Below are positions 35,838 through 50,100 of a stretch of DNA of 64,000 bases, piece after piece. Position 1 is the first letter of the stretch. Each line of letters begins with the position of its first letter. Both the position numbers and the translations under genes were made by a program. Source of the DNA: Podarcis vaucheri (Eukaryota); NCBI GenBank assembly GCA_965113315.1, contig OZ220363.1, one strand, 5' to 3'. Below the pieces are notes generated by a model. That model saw only the letters and a program-made list of their open reading frames with translations, was not told where the DNA came from and did not search any database.

Positions 35838-35972
35838 TAGGAGTGGGAAACCTGTGGTCCTCCAGATGTTGGACTCCAGTGCCCATTAGCCATAGCCAGC
35901 CTGGCCAGTTTTCAAGGATGATGGGAATTGTGATCCAGCAACATCTGGAAGGCCACCGGTTTTCCACCTTTG
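35838..35972. mobile_element. Fold-back hAT-type MITE in the ARHGAP1 3'UTR (related decayed copies near 315-420, 10275-10410, 15427-15555, 18770-18855, 19447-19575)
   Basis: Long imperfect TIRs (GGGAAACCTGTGGTCCTCCAGATGTTG / CAACATCTGGAAGGCCACCGGTTTTCC); 8-bp TSD CCTTGTGG / CCTTATGG. Confidence 0.75.
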
Positions 35973-36243
35973 CCTTATGGCAAGTCTCTTTGCTAACTCA
36001 GCAGAGGTCTTTGATGGCCAAGTGACCCCTGGTTGTGTGTTCTCCACCAGGGTCTGTATGCAGAGTTTACAGCTTTGCTTTTTGTTGCTGTTATCTTGCA
36101 TTTTTGTTCTCATTGATGTTTATTGGGAGCAGGGCTGGGGTTTTTTATTTTTATTTTTACTGTGACATTAATTTACACACCCATGTTTATTTCCTTCTAA
36201 TGGTACCAATCTTGTATTTCACAGTTTGCACTTTTTGTACTTC

Positions 36244-36249
36244 AATAAA
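36244..36249 (+). terminator. Likely main ARHGAP1 polyadenylation signal (3'UTR about 3.5 kb)
   Basis: AATAAA with an upstream U-rich/TGTA stretch and a downstream GT-rich element; alternative AATAAA at 34393 and 35703. Confidence 0.6.
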
Positions 36250-37818
36250 AACCCAAAGCCAATACCAGTTTTGGTGTTTTTCTTCAATGTGCTGTTCTAG
36301 AATCAGTCAACAAAAGAGACTGATTAGTATCATCCACCTGGTGCCTATACATCAATAGAGTATGTGGTGAAATGCAAATATAATCTCCTTCAGGGAGGTT
36401 ATTTGTTCATCCTTGAGCTCATCCTTTGCCCAGTGTAGCATTGTCTGGTAGGTGTAAATGGATCATGGGACTTTTCCACCTTTTATTCAGGCTGTACTTT
36501 GTTACATTACTTGCTTCAAAGCTATCTGTGCTATATACAGTAAACCTGCAACTTGTGCTTGTTTTACTTGTGCAATCACCTTATGCAGATGAGGAATAAA
36601 TAGAGAGCTGGGGAAACCCTACCCTGTGCATATTTATCCCGCACCCCACACACCCAGCAGGGTATTCCTTGTTTAGTGGGCTTGGGGAAGGGAGTGCATA
36701 ATCTTGACTTTGAGTGTAGACCCCTGGAACTGAACCCTCATGTGGGCCCACTGTATTTAATATAGTATATTCATCTTCCAACATAACTAGCATCAAGTTC
36801 CTAGTTTTAAGGTTTATTCAGCTTAAGTTCACCAACCTGAACTCATAGCTGATCATTTCCCAGGCAATCATGTTCCCCTAAGTGAAAGCTGGTGAAAATC
36901 AATCTTTGCTAGATAATGGGTATGACAAATGTTTTCCCCTGTGTGAAGGGAGGATGTGCCCCTGCCTTTGACCCCCCCTTTTTTACTGGTTTTTGGTTTA
37001 AGAATGGCACTACCACCAACTTCTGTGTTGGTAACCTCAAGGCTGGATCATTCCAATGAACTTTCTGTGGCTAGCCCTTGGGCCTGATGCAGAACCTCCA
37101 GCTGGTGCAGATTGTGGTAGCTAGACTGATGGGGAAACATGGCTGACAACACTAATTAAAACATCTACACAGGTTGCCTGTGCCTGTTGAACTTGGCTTG
37201 GTAGTTAATTTACAAACACTAAACAACTTGGGCCTGAGGTTCCTTTGGGACCATCTGAACCAGCTCAACTACTGAGTGCCTCTGTAGGCACATTGCTGGT
37301 CATCCCCTGGTATGGCTTATTTGACACTAACAAGAAACCAAGTCTTTCATGCCATTGGCCCAATCCTGTGGCATACTCTTCCACTGGAGATTGAATAGGT
37401 ATATTCAATATTCAATATTCACCTTCAAAACATTTTGATGGCATCAGACATATGCATAATAAGAAAAACATTGTCTGGAATATAGGTAGTTGATGACCTG
37501 TGATTTTAAATGTTTTTTGTGTGTGTGTATATAGTATTGCTGTAAACCATGTTGATTTTTTTAAAAAAATGCAGTATACAATTTTCAGTAACTAAAGTAG
37601 TTGAAGAGTTAGCATTTTCCAGCAGCTCCACCACTTATCTCTTTGAAATAAGACTTTTCACTAGGCCTCTGGCTGACAGCTGAAGTAAGTGACATAACAT
37701 TTTTATTGGAAAGTATATGAATACATGTTGAAGTAACTCTTGAAAATTAGTTCTAAAGAAATATAATTGAGGACTCTTCTCCTTTTAACCAAAACACTTG
37801 TAAATTATTAGCTATGTA

Positions 37819-38046
37819 CAGTGGTACCTTGGGTTACAGACGCTTCAGGTTACAGACTCTGCTAAGCCAGAAATAGTACCTTGGGTTAAGAACTTTGCTT
37901 CAGGATGAGAACAGAAATCGCGCGGCGGTGGTGCGGCGGCAGCAGCGGGAGGCCCCATTAGCTAAAGTGGTATCTCAAGTTAAGAACAGTTTCAGGTTAA
38001 GAACGGACCTCCAGAACGAATTAAGTTCTTAACCCAAGTTCCACTG
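37819..38046 (+). mobile_element. Tc1/mariner-type MITE (CAGTGGTACCT TIR)
   Basis: TA TSD, TIRs CAGTGGTACCTTGGGTTA / TAACCCAAGTTCCACTG, internal GGTTAAGAAC repeats. Confidence 0.82.
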
Positions 38047-38639
38047 TATTCTCATTTATTGCAATAAAGTACCACATAAGGAGCAGTAAGGTATCTTTCT
38101 TTGAAAGTCTGAAAAAAACTGGATCCCTGTTCTACATTAGTAAATTAATATCTTGATCAGGTCTAACTAAGGAATAATGTACTCTTAAACTGAACCAAGT
38201 AGCAAGACTTGGAAAACCACAAAGAAAGTAGTATAAAAAACCCAGCAGCGCTGCATATTCCGTGCATAGAGGCACATCTGTATTTATTGGGCCCTTCCAT
38301 GGCAGTTCTGTGCAGAAATATATTGGTCTGAAGTAACTGGGACAGGCAGCAACAGGCTAACTTCCTTTAACTATTGCAGAATCTTGGCGTGAAGAGGAGA
38401 AACTATACAGGCATTGCCATCATATGGAGAAACTTCAGGGGGAAGCTGCAAAAAATAGTTATGAGTGATCTAGTAACTATAATTTGGCTGGTAGGGAGGC
38501 AAATGTCACTTGATCATTGCAGCGGGATCAGCCACTCTGCAAGTAACTAACCAGAGAGCAGGCAGATGTTCCCGTAACAGATTCTCTTGTCAGTGCACTA
38601 AAGCCAACTTATGTAGACAAGATTACCTCCATAGCAGTA

Positions 38640-38885
38640 CAGTGGTACCATACCTTGAGTTACAAACGCCTCAGGTTATAAATGATTCAGGTTACAAACT
38701 CCGCTAACATGGAAGAGTTACCTCGAGTTGAGAACTTTGCCCCAGGATGAGAACGGAAACCGTGTGCTGGCGGCGCAGCGGCAGCAAGAGGCACCATTAG
38801 CGAAAGCACGCCTCTAGTTAAGAACAGTTTCAGGTTAAGAACGGACCTCTGGAACAAATTAAGTTTGTAACTAGAGGTACCACTG
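38640..38885 (+). mobile_element. Tc1/mariner-type MITE related to the 37819 copy
   Basis: TA TSD, ends ...GAGGTACCACTG|TA, colinear body with the 37819 copy. Confidence 0.8.
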
Positions 38886-41108
38886 TACTATCATCATCAG
38901 CTGGTCTTGGGAAAACCATTGGTCACCTTGTAGGTCATTATAGGAATATAATTTCATTGTGCTATATTCCAGTATGACTAGAAGGATAAAGAATTCCCAA
39001 AGCACCTAACAAACCACAGAAGGCCCTGGATCAGACATTATACAGTTTGTGGCATTTTGCAAGAGACTTTTAGGGGTAGTTTTGATATTGATATTACTTC
39101 TGCCAAAGACAACTACCCAGAAGCACTTTTGGCCAGAGACTGGGGTTAGATCATGTATTTTCATGGACCAGTGTCATGCAAAGGCATTGCCAGTAGCTAC
39201 TTTGAATACAAATTGAAATGCCATATTTGAGCACATAAATAAACTCACAATTTTGAGAGTTAGTAATGCAAAACAGCAACATGCTTGAAGGCAAGAAATT
39301 GGAGCTTCAGCTCATTTCTGTCCAGCAGTAGGGGTGAGAAACCTAGAGAGGTTACATGGTTAGATGATGGCTGTTGCCTAAAACAAACAAACCCCCTTCA
39401 TCAACAAGAAATGGAACCATATACTTCAGGAAGTTAACATCTCATTACTTTAATCAGGAAACCATAAATGGTCCTTCATGTCCGCAGTCATAAGAAATAG
39501 TTTATAAGAGAACAGGTTGCAGGGAATGGTCTTCGGCATTTTACAGTACAATCCTAAGCACATTTCCTCAGAATTAACTTCCACAGAGTTTAATGGGATT
39601 TACTCGCAAGAAAGTTTGCACAGGATTGCAGTCTCAACTTGGTTTCTAATGAAAAGGAAGAAATAAGTTGTGCCCAGAGTCTAACTTATCCCTGAGCTGA
39701 TGCTTAGTGTTGTTTTTCCTTCCCCATATTTGGTGAAGAACAGAGCAGGCAGATCAAACACATAGCAATGTCAGCCAATCACACTGCTTAATGGCTAAGT
39801 CATTAGAAAAATAAACTTTTAGCCAATCAAAACCCCATCAATTAAAATAAGTACCACAAACGTCTTTAAAATGTGCTTGTCTGAAAAAGCTACTTTCTAA
39901 CTAAGTGCAGACCACAGCGAATGTATAAGCCTGTCAGAGACAATCATTTTAGAAACTTTCTACCAGTGCACTGCATCAACGTGCATTTTTATTTATGACA
40001 TCCACAAACCCAACGGGCAGAATGGAAATCGAGTCACCAGAAGAGATCACTTTGAAAGCATAACCATGTCTGTTTCTGAAAATAAGTATTATAGTTTACC
40101 CTGCAAATGGGAGTGGGGGAAATGACAGCTGTTTGGAACAACATACTTGCAGTGACAAAGGACAAAGCAGCCTATATGGCTACTTTACAAAGTGAAAGCA
40201 TCCACATACATTTTTTTTAAATATAGGTTTCCTTTAGAGTAATAAATATTTCTTATTTTATGATAGAGCAGCAACATTTGAGGGGAATAGAGGAAAGAAC
40301 TTTGGACTAAAGACCCCCCCCAAATTAAATAACCCTAGAGAATTAGGATTCCTAATTCATATTTACAACTGCTGACTGTAAACACAGCCTACAAACTCTG
40401 GATCTTCTCCAAATGCCACAGACCATGCTTGTGGTCTTGGGGAGGCAATATATTGACACACACCGTGTTGGCAGGTAATATACAAAAAACAATTCTTTTA
40501 GCGTCTGTGGCTTACTTTGAAACTGCACTAGACAATCAGGTCAGGCCCCTCAATTCTTGTTTCCACACAGATGTGCAACATTATGTTTGCTTTGTTTAGG
40601 GCACCACTGGTGAAAAATGCCCCCTTGCCCTTATGCTTTAGCTGCACTTGCTGAAGGCAAGCCGGTGTTTGAACCACGCTAGCAGAATCTACAGTGCTCA
40701 CAAGACAGTTACATTTCGTCAGAGTTATTTCTGCTTGGCGTTACTGCAGACGCAGGGGAAAAGACTGTCCCCAGGAAACCAGATTGTAGAGCCCTGTTGA
40801 GGGAGGAAGAAGCATCAGTGTCTCTCAACACATGAGAAAATGGAAGAAGAACGGGCCTTGATCTTGTTTCCTAATGCACTGTATTCAATACGAACCTCAC
40901 ACGGGTAGGAAAGCAAGTCACACCCTTCCCAAGGACTAGTTCAAAGAGATACAGACCATTGTTTCTGCACCTGACAGAGCAAAGCAATAGTGCCTACGAA
41001 ATTGGGGGACGGGGACAGAACAAGACACTAAGGGAAGAAAGGCAGAATGCATGGGCTTCCTTTTCCAGGGTGTCTAAAAAGTTCAATGCTGCTGTAGAAT
41101 AAGCCGTT

Positions 41109-41186
41109 TTACTGTAAGGTCTCTACAAAGGCATCAAATTCTTTGACATTTTTCTCATGGACAGCCAGTTTATCTGGTAGAGAATC
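41109..41186 (-). CDS. ATG13: ATG13 last coding exon
   Basis: [25 protein letters not shown]; TAA at 41111-41109. Confidence 0.96.
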   Translation of the reverse strand, partial: DSLPDKLAVHEKNVKEFDAFVETLQ

Positions 41187-44100
41187 CTGTGAAGACAAAG
41201 AAAAATTATCAGTAGCTACATTAGCCAGTTCTTTTTTCTTTCACATAATACACAGCAGGTGTGGGGGCCCTCCAGATGTTGTTGAACTCCAACTCCCATC
41301 AGCACCAGCCAACATGGTCAGGGATGATGGGCATGGTAGTCCAAGAGCATTTGAGGGACCACAGGCTCCTCACCCCTGAGACACAGGAATAAAAGAGGTA
41401 GTTCAAAAAACATAAAACAGAAGAGCAGAGTAAGGCATAATTAATAATAATAATGCTTTATCTGAAGACAGATTTGATTCAATAGATGCAGCACAACATT
41501 ACTATCAAACTATGAAATGCTCTCAAGATCTCCCAACCTGTATGCACAGCTACCCTGGAAAGGAGTAAAATGCTGGAAACAGCATCTATCCACGTCCATG
41601 GCTTGTTTGTAGGTGTGAAGGTGCATGAGATTGTGGCCTCTGAAATTTGCTGGAGCAGCTTTAGCACAATTACACTTGTCAGCCTGCTGCTAACAGATGG
41701 CAACTTGCAGGGATTTTCTTTAAAAACCTTTTGTACATTTTACAGAGTTTCAGAGGCAAAAACAAACATGTCATTAACCATGAAGAGCATATGATCTACA
41801 ATAAAGCAGAGAAAACAAAAGGGAGGGAGAGAAGAGTGTGAGCAAATGCAGTCAGACTTGCTTGGCTACAGTTGGGAATGAAGACTGAAGAGTTAAGACA
41901 AAGACCTCATGGGAAAGATATGCTCAAGGGGCAAGGGGAGCACTGTGCTTAAGGAATCAGTTCTGCACATAGGAGAAAATATGAAGTTGTGACTGAGTGC
42001 AGGATACTGTCTGAGGGAGCTAAGGATGATACAATTCTGAGGATGTAGGGAAGCAGGGAAATGAGAACCAGTGTCAGAAAACACCTTGGATCATCTTGTA
42101 ACAACATATTTATGTGGTACTTCAAAATGTTACTTCTTCATATACTGTGCTTTATTATCTCAAGGAACCCTACAAAACCCCTATAAGGCATGTCAAAATG
42201 ATTATTCCAATACATTGTGTGGGTGGTCACTGGGGCGGTCTAGGGTGATGAGAAAGTGGCCTGCCTAAGGCCATGTATTTTTATAGCACTTACAAAAGAT
42301 TTGAACTTGGCACTTTGGCACTTTTGAGTTCACAGCACAATTATCTAACACATTAAATAATGAATGACCTGTTTGATCAGTCCTCTCAAATAAGGCATAT
42401 TTGGTTTATGTATGGCAGGGAGCAATGCCCCTCAAACTGAAATCCCATTTTTGCATACCAGATCTTCTGCCATGGACTGAGCCCCAATGTCAATGGAGAG
42501 GCTGCTGAGCTGAGGAGGATTCTGAAATTCACGGTAGAATGTTCCAAGGTCTATTGGGAGAATGTCATCCTTAGAAAATGCCGGTTTCTAGAATTAAATG
42601 GACAAATATCAGTCAGCTGTACATTGATAACACAACAGTGCTCTGTTCAATCATCATCTGATGATGTATTTAACCACTATCAATGAAATGCATTCCATTG
42701 TTTCACCCAACAACAGCACAATGTATGGCATATAGTAGAACATGTTTTCATCTTTCTCCTATCAAAACTGGTCATCTGGCTATTCTCTGGACTGCAGGTG
42801 AACCTGTAGTCTGTAATGTTATATTGCTTTTACTATTTTTGTTGGGAGCCGCCCAGAGTGGCTGGGGCAACCCAGTCAAATAAGCAGCATATAAATAATA
42901 AATTGTTGTTATTATTATAACCTGTGTTGTAGACCACCTTCTTAGATACTGCTCTTTGCTCATGTCACCCTATAATCTGAGTAACGTAGAGAATTTGCTG
43001 AGATTGATTTGGGGTGAGAGTTTGTGAAAAGGGCCACTTTTGGACAGAAGGCTGCACCAAATAGCCTTTGAGTTCTAGTCCTATGAGTAAAACTCATCAT
43101 GGGTTCTTAAGAATAAAAGTTTCAGGTCTCTCAAAAGGGTCCAGTATGCTGGAATTCCTGCAAGCTCAGTCTCTCAATATTTTGGGAGGCCACATCAGTA
43201 CACTTCTGCTTTTTAATGAAATAATATCCAGAGCCATTTGCCCCACATTGGTTCTGTGAAGATGCCTTTTCCTAAGGAATTTCATATATTTTAGCATTTC
43301 AGTTCTCCTTCAGACATTGAGGCGAAGGTTGTATGTGTATGTAAAGGGCTGCATCAACTTACAAAGTCAACCATAACAAAATCGTCATGGATGTTCCCAT
43401 TGCTGCTGCCACTGGAGCCCACTGAGTGTAGGCTGCCCTGGAGGGGAGACTCTATTTCTGGAGAGTCAGGAGGATTCACCTGTTGAAGAAATCCAAGTGT
43501 CAGACCAACATACCCAAACACTGGCATGAGGGAATTAAATGGATGCTAAAAGTTACGTTTTTCAGACAGAAAACAGAAGCATGCTAATGGCTGGGTTAGG
43601 AAATTCAGACCCACTCAAATCTGAGAAGGCCGGACTGAGCAAGACTGGCATTTCTTACCATGGGGTCATTATCTTCTGGCTCAATGTTCTTGGGAGCAAA
43701 CATAGCAAAAGGAATGTCCAAACTGGCCATGGTCACCTAGAAAGGATCAAAAGACAGAATCCCAAATGTTCAGTCAAATGCCGCTCCTCTTACCCAGCAT
43801 GCAACACAGAACTGTGAATCTTCAAACTATGATCAACTAATGTTCAAAGAAGAAAGAAATAGAAAGGCTGCTGTTGTTTTCTGCCTCCTGTGTCAAGGGA
43901 GAGGATATTCCTTGAGTTTTTTCTTTCCTAAAGAACAGCACATCATAGAATTTCAGAGCTGGAAAAGACCTCGTCCAACCCCTTGCTCAATGCAAGACTT
44001 GCAACCACCATATTTATGACACAAAGTCTCCAAGAGCAATGAACTTAAATTACCTGGTTGATAGGTTTATTGACAAAGGCTCCCACCTTCCGCACAAATA

Positions 44101-47100
44101 TTGTCTCCCAGAGATCATGTGGGGACCCACTCTTTCCTTCACTGCTGTTAGATACAGTTTCTGTGTCCTCACTGAGAGAGAAAAGAGAAGGGGTATTAAT
44201 TGATTTCCTTTTGTTTTTCTTGCTCTGCACGAGCTCTGGAATGAAGCACTGGTACATGAGAGTGTATTATTTGTTTACCCATATGTGGTACTGCAGGTAC
44301 AAAAGGCAGTATACTACACACAAAGGACAATGCATAATGTGTAAAAAGTATCAGCAAAGTTCATGGTGAATCAGTAGTCATCCCAAATAAAACTGAAAAG
44401 GCCCTCTCCTGGGTACCCACTTGCTGTATTTCAGATAGTGGTGAAGGTGGTGGTCCCAAAGGAAGGTCTCCAAAGTGGAGTAGAAATCCTGGACAGACTC
44501 ATTTGCAGGCTGTGTGTGTCTTAACATATTGTGGTCCCAAGATTTTAAATATTGAAGCCAACACTTTGAATTGAGCCTGAGAACAAACTGGTAACCAGTG
44601 AAGTTGGTGGAGGATTTGCGTAATACAATTTGAACAGAACACTCCCAGCCACATTCTGGATAAAAGACTACAAAACTGTTCCCATAGAATATTTCACTAC
44701 TCTTTTCTCTTTCTTTGTGCAAAACAGAATTTTCCTTAATGGATTTTGTTTTCTTAATATTTTCATGGGTTTCTCCCCACTTCAAGTTGTGATTTGTATG
44801 TTGAATTAATATCCACACCATAAATGTCTTCAAAAGGCAATGTCATTCTAGGCCTCTGGAGGCTCCTGATCATATCCCTCATGGATGCAGGTACAGGTGT
44901 GGAGAGGGAGATTACAGCCATATGAACAGGGGCACTACCCAGAGATTATGGAATACACGTGAACAGGCCCTAGACCAAATAGTGCCCCCTACACCTGTTC
45001 AGCTTTTGAAAGCCCTATTTTTTATTGCATTTGTATCCCATTTCATGACTTTGAGGTGTAGTATGCATGGATGATTTATTCCTGTCAAATATGGTGATGA
45101 ATTGGCACATGTGGATCTGTCAATCTGTATATATTGATATCACACATAAACATAAAGGTAAAGGTAAAGGTACCCCTGCCCAAACGGGCCAGTCTTGCCA
45201 GACTCTGGGGTTTGTGCGCCCATCTCACATTTATTGGCCGGGGGCCAGCGCTGTCCGGAGACACTTCCGGGTCACGTGGCCAGCGTGACAACGCTGCTCT
45301 GGCGAGCCAGAGCCGCACACGGAACGCCGTTTACCTTCCCGCTGGTAAGCGGTACCTATTTATCTACTTGCCCCCGGGGGTGCTTTCGAACTGCTAGGTT
45401 GGCAGGCGCTGGGACCGAGCAGCGGGAGCGCACCCCGCCGCGGGGATTCGAACCGCCGACCTTTCGATCGGCAAGCCCTAGGCGCTGAGGCTTTAGCCCA
45501 CAGCGCCACCCGCGTCCCTAAACATAAAAAACACTAAATTGGCTTCTTCTAAGCTTGTGGGAGCTTCCTAACATTAATTGAAATGTACTAACATCAAGAA
45601 ATTGAACTGTACAGCAGTGCTGGCTGGAGCAGTATTAAATAGTGTTACAGCTTTACAAGTGAGGATGAAGTGTTTGCATGTTTATTTAAGTTTATTTAAG
45701 GGGACAGACAGTGGGCAATTTGAGACTAGCATCCCAGGCGCTTGTCTAAATTACATCCTCAGGAAAAATAGAAATGTTAAGTTTGCCAAAGCTACCAGTA
45801 TTAAACTGCAAATGTGAGTGTTGGTACTGTCCTCAACTCTAAAGGGCAAGGTTTGTGCTTAACCCTAACAGAAGCTCAGCAGGAATTGGTGTTTGAGGTA
45901 TTCTTGTTAGAAGCTACAATTATGCTTTAGTACCTGCATTCAGTCATTTTACAGAAATGAAACCAAAACTACTTTATTATTACTAATGAAGAGTCTAGTA
46001 TGTGGAACTAATGAAATGTCACAAGGTGGAAATAGTGGCATTAAAAGTAGCTGGATCAGACAGATGTAGATCTTACCAAGAGTACAGCTCCAGTTCTTAC
46101 ATTTTTAGCTGCTACTGAAATTTGTAAAGTTTCCAAAGTCCAAAACAATGCTGAACTTTAGGTGCTGATCCATCAAGAATAGTGAAAGTTACTGTAATTA
46201 CTGAATACTAAATAACTGAACTAAATAATGTTGATGTTATGTGTGTAGATGCATTTTACTATGAAAACATTCTATCAAACAGCTGTTGGATTTGGAAAAT
46301 TACTGTCCTATCTTCCTACAGGGCTGTAGTTACTGCAAATGTAGGAGAACCCTACTTACACATGCTTTCTCTGCACTTTCACTTTGGGGGGAAAGAAAGG
46401 GAGGAAAAAGAATCTGAATTAGGGAAAGTTAAAATCCTCTAATGATCTTCCTAACTGCCTCTTTCCAGAAAGCTGCTTATAGCCTAGCAAATGAATTATT
46501 ATTTTTAAAACCTGTAGTAAGACTATGAATCACCACGAAGAGATGGAAAACTTACCTGCTAGCTGGAGTAACTGCAGAGTAGTGACCCCCATCCAAAGGG
46601 GTGCATGTTGCCATTCTCTCATGATCAGCCTGAGTGCCATGAACTGGTTGGCTAGGAATCAAGGGCACTCCTCCATCCTTCCCTGGAACCATCAACTGGA
46701 GGAGAAAGGGATAAGAAAATTAGATATTTTAGTATTCATTTAAAAAAGCTCTAGGCTCTTTTATTTTCAAGTGTATGGTTGCCTGACTCTCAATGATAGG
46801 TAGCTGACAGCTGGTTACATGTTATACTCATGATATGAGAAACAGCCTGGTTCTGCCTGAAGGCTTCCTACCAACAGGTAAAGAGAGCTGGAGAGGATCT
46901 CAGTCACTTACAATGAAGTTAAGACAGGGAGCACCAGAAGAAATTATCAACTAAGGAGAGTGATAACCAGACATGACAAAGAAAGCTGGGCATTGGCCCC
47001 CCATTCCCAGCACTTGACTATGATATCTTCCAGTTTTCTTTGCTTTATGGCAGAAAGCCTTCAAATTTCTTAACAGGCAAAGCAAGGCTGCTTCTCATGT

Positions 47101-50100
47101 TGCTCAGCTCTGACTGTACCCTACAAGTAAAATAATGGGGTAAGAATGGATAGAGAAATATGTCAACAGTTAAGGAACAGAGTTAGCTATGAGACATATA
47201 AAATGGTCTCAAACCTCTAAGAATACCTGGTGAGGATGTGCAGCACTCAAGCCGCCAGCAAAGACTACTGGGTAGGCCAGGTCAGCTGATCCAACTCCCA
47301 GGGCTGTAGGCTGATAAGAAAGACGAGAGCTGGAGAGCTAAGAAATGAGAGGGGGAAAGGGAAAGGGAGAGAAAGGGAAAACCCCACACAGTCTGAATAA
47401 TTTTCAGAATTACTGGAAAAGGCCAGGAAAAGAAATCAGATTTGCAGAATAAAATACTAGGCTGGAACTGAGGTAGTCTGAGCCACATGCACACACAAAA
47501 CCAAACCAATCCTAGACATCTTTACTTAAAAGAAAAAGTTGCCACTGATTTCAATGGAACTTATTTTCAAGTTGTGTTTAGGATTACCAGGGACCACTCT
47601 CAAGCCTGGATTTTGCTTTAAAATGATGCACAACACCTACAAATGATGGAGATGGCATTCATATAGGACTGAGAGGATAGTATGAAGTGTGTTGACCAAT
47701 AACATGCTGGACAAGAGAGCAATTACTTAAAAGCTGTGTTTATTATTTGTTTTCTATGAGGGTTTTTTAAAATGACTGTTCTGTGTTTTATTGAAATGTT
47801 TTATATATTATTGTTATATGCTACTTCAACTTCCTATTGATTTTCACTGCCTTTATTAAATAAATGCTACAGAAGAAGCCTGGAAAACCACTGCTCTGAC
47901 AGCAGACTCTAACTGTGGATATAGGTTCATTGTCAAACAAATCATGTGACCAACTGCATGCCTCTCTTTGACTCCCACACCAAGAAGGGCAAAGCCCGAA
48001 CATAAAGCCTCACATTCTGCATCTCAGTTATAGAGGCAAAAGTTTCCAGAGCAGTCATTTTATAGTCCTCAATGTGAAAGTCCACCTCATAGCCCAAACC
48101 TTCCTCTGCTTAATATTTTAAAAATCTTTAAATTGTATATATAACCTAATAAACAATATCATTAAAACAAGAATACTACATCAAACCCTTAAAAGAACAG
48201 TTGTGTAAAAGCATATAAAACAAATGAAAACAGGATTTCAGGGAATTCAAACAAATAAAAACAGGACTGTTTTCAAAATGACTCAGGTAACATTAAAAAA
48301 TAGAATCTATTGGTATCACACCCCCAAAGCACAGTCTGAAACAGCTACAGAAAAACATTGGACAACAAAATACAGTGGTGCCCCGCAAGACGAATGCCTC
48401 GCAAGACGGAAAACTCGCTAGACGAAAGAGTTTTCCGTTTTGGAGGTGCTTCGCAAAACGAATCTCTTATGGGCTTGCTTCGCAAGATGAAAATGTCTTG
48501 CGAGTTCCTGCGGGTTTTTCCCCTCCCCCCCCTTTTTCTAAGCCGCTAAGCCGCTTATCAGATGATCTGATAAGCTGATAAGCCGCTAAAAGCCGTTAAT
48601 AGCGCTAATCCTCTAATCCGTCAATGGGCTTGCTTCGCAAGACGAAAAAACTGCTAGATGAAGAGAATCACAGAACGGATTCTTTTCGTCTTGCGAGGCA
48701 CCACTGTATTAAATTCCTCACTGGGCTATCGGAAAGCTCTGGAAAAGAAACAGAAGAAATGCCTATGTGGAATACTGGGCTCACAGTAATTAATTAATGT
48801 GCTCCAAAAGCCAATGTCTAAGGCCAACTGTAACAAAATTAATCCACTAGAATAAAATTGACTCCTGAGGTACAATAACTGCTTCAGCCCTTTATAATGG
48901 TGACAATAAACTTTTAATTTCTTCAGAGGTGAAAAATACTGTTTATTTCCTGTCCCCTGGTCAACTCAAGAAAACACACAGCAATTTCCAGAAAACTCTA
49001 TTCCACAAAGCGATCAGTATTCTACGATTGCTCTATAAAGTTTGCCCTGTGGCCTAAACTACATATTTTCATTGCTTCTTTGCAAATTTCCTGTTCAGCA
49101 ATAAAGACAATAAATTTATAACTTCAGAGATGTTTGATTCATTTTCTTTTCTAAAAGCTAGTCAGTAAGTGAACAGATTTTGCAAACCTCTAAGCACATT
49201 AAACTCAAATGCATGTTTCATTTTAGGCTAACCAGCCTAAAGAGCCAAATCAAAGGGAAATTATTTACTAGTTAGTGAAAAAATACTTTTGTCATGCACC
49301 TTCTTTATTTTAAAGGTGATGTCAGGCCAAACATATTTTTTTCTACTATGAACTCACTTGATGTGAAAAGGTCAGCCCCATCAAAGGGCCCTTCAATGTA
49401 TCCGTCACGACAGGAGGAGGGGTCTGAAAATGTGCTTTAGTGACAGTAAATACACACTGAACACAGACACACAAAAGGAAAAGAAAGAAAAAGACTTCAG
49501 AAAGAAAAACTGAAAAGAGTTGGATGAAGTGAATGTTGGTGAGGACTGTGGCTACAGCTATGAGAAACATTCATACATGTCAAAGAGTTGCAGAATTGCA
49601 GGGGAGCTGCATGCTTTATAAAGGGTTTAAAATGTCAGGAAACTGTTGTCCGCTTTTTAAAAAAAGTGTTCCTAGTTGTAGTCTTTATCAATGAATTCAC
49701 TGCTGATCATATATAACCAACTGCCTGAAACTCTCTTCTAAAGTCAGATGTTGTAGGACTTTTATTGATCATCTTAACAACTAGGCTTGAATAGCTGTTG
49801 GTGACAACTGAGCAAAGGGGGAGCTATATAAAGTGGAGATCACTCTAAGTCCTCATGCATCTCAGTGATCAAAGCAATCTCCAGTTGCACTAGGCTTGAA
49901 GGTTCAATACAAACAGTAAGACAATAGGCTTTGTCAAACACTGTTTTTTTAAAAAAAGATACCTCACCCTGTTACAGAGCAGCTGAACACAACCCCGAGC
50001 AAGAACAGTGAAAAAGCCTTGAGCCACAAACTCATCAGCTGTGCTGGCTGTCAAAGTCAGAAGCCATGTGTCTTCAGACTAGAGTTTGATTGAGACAACT

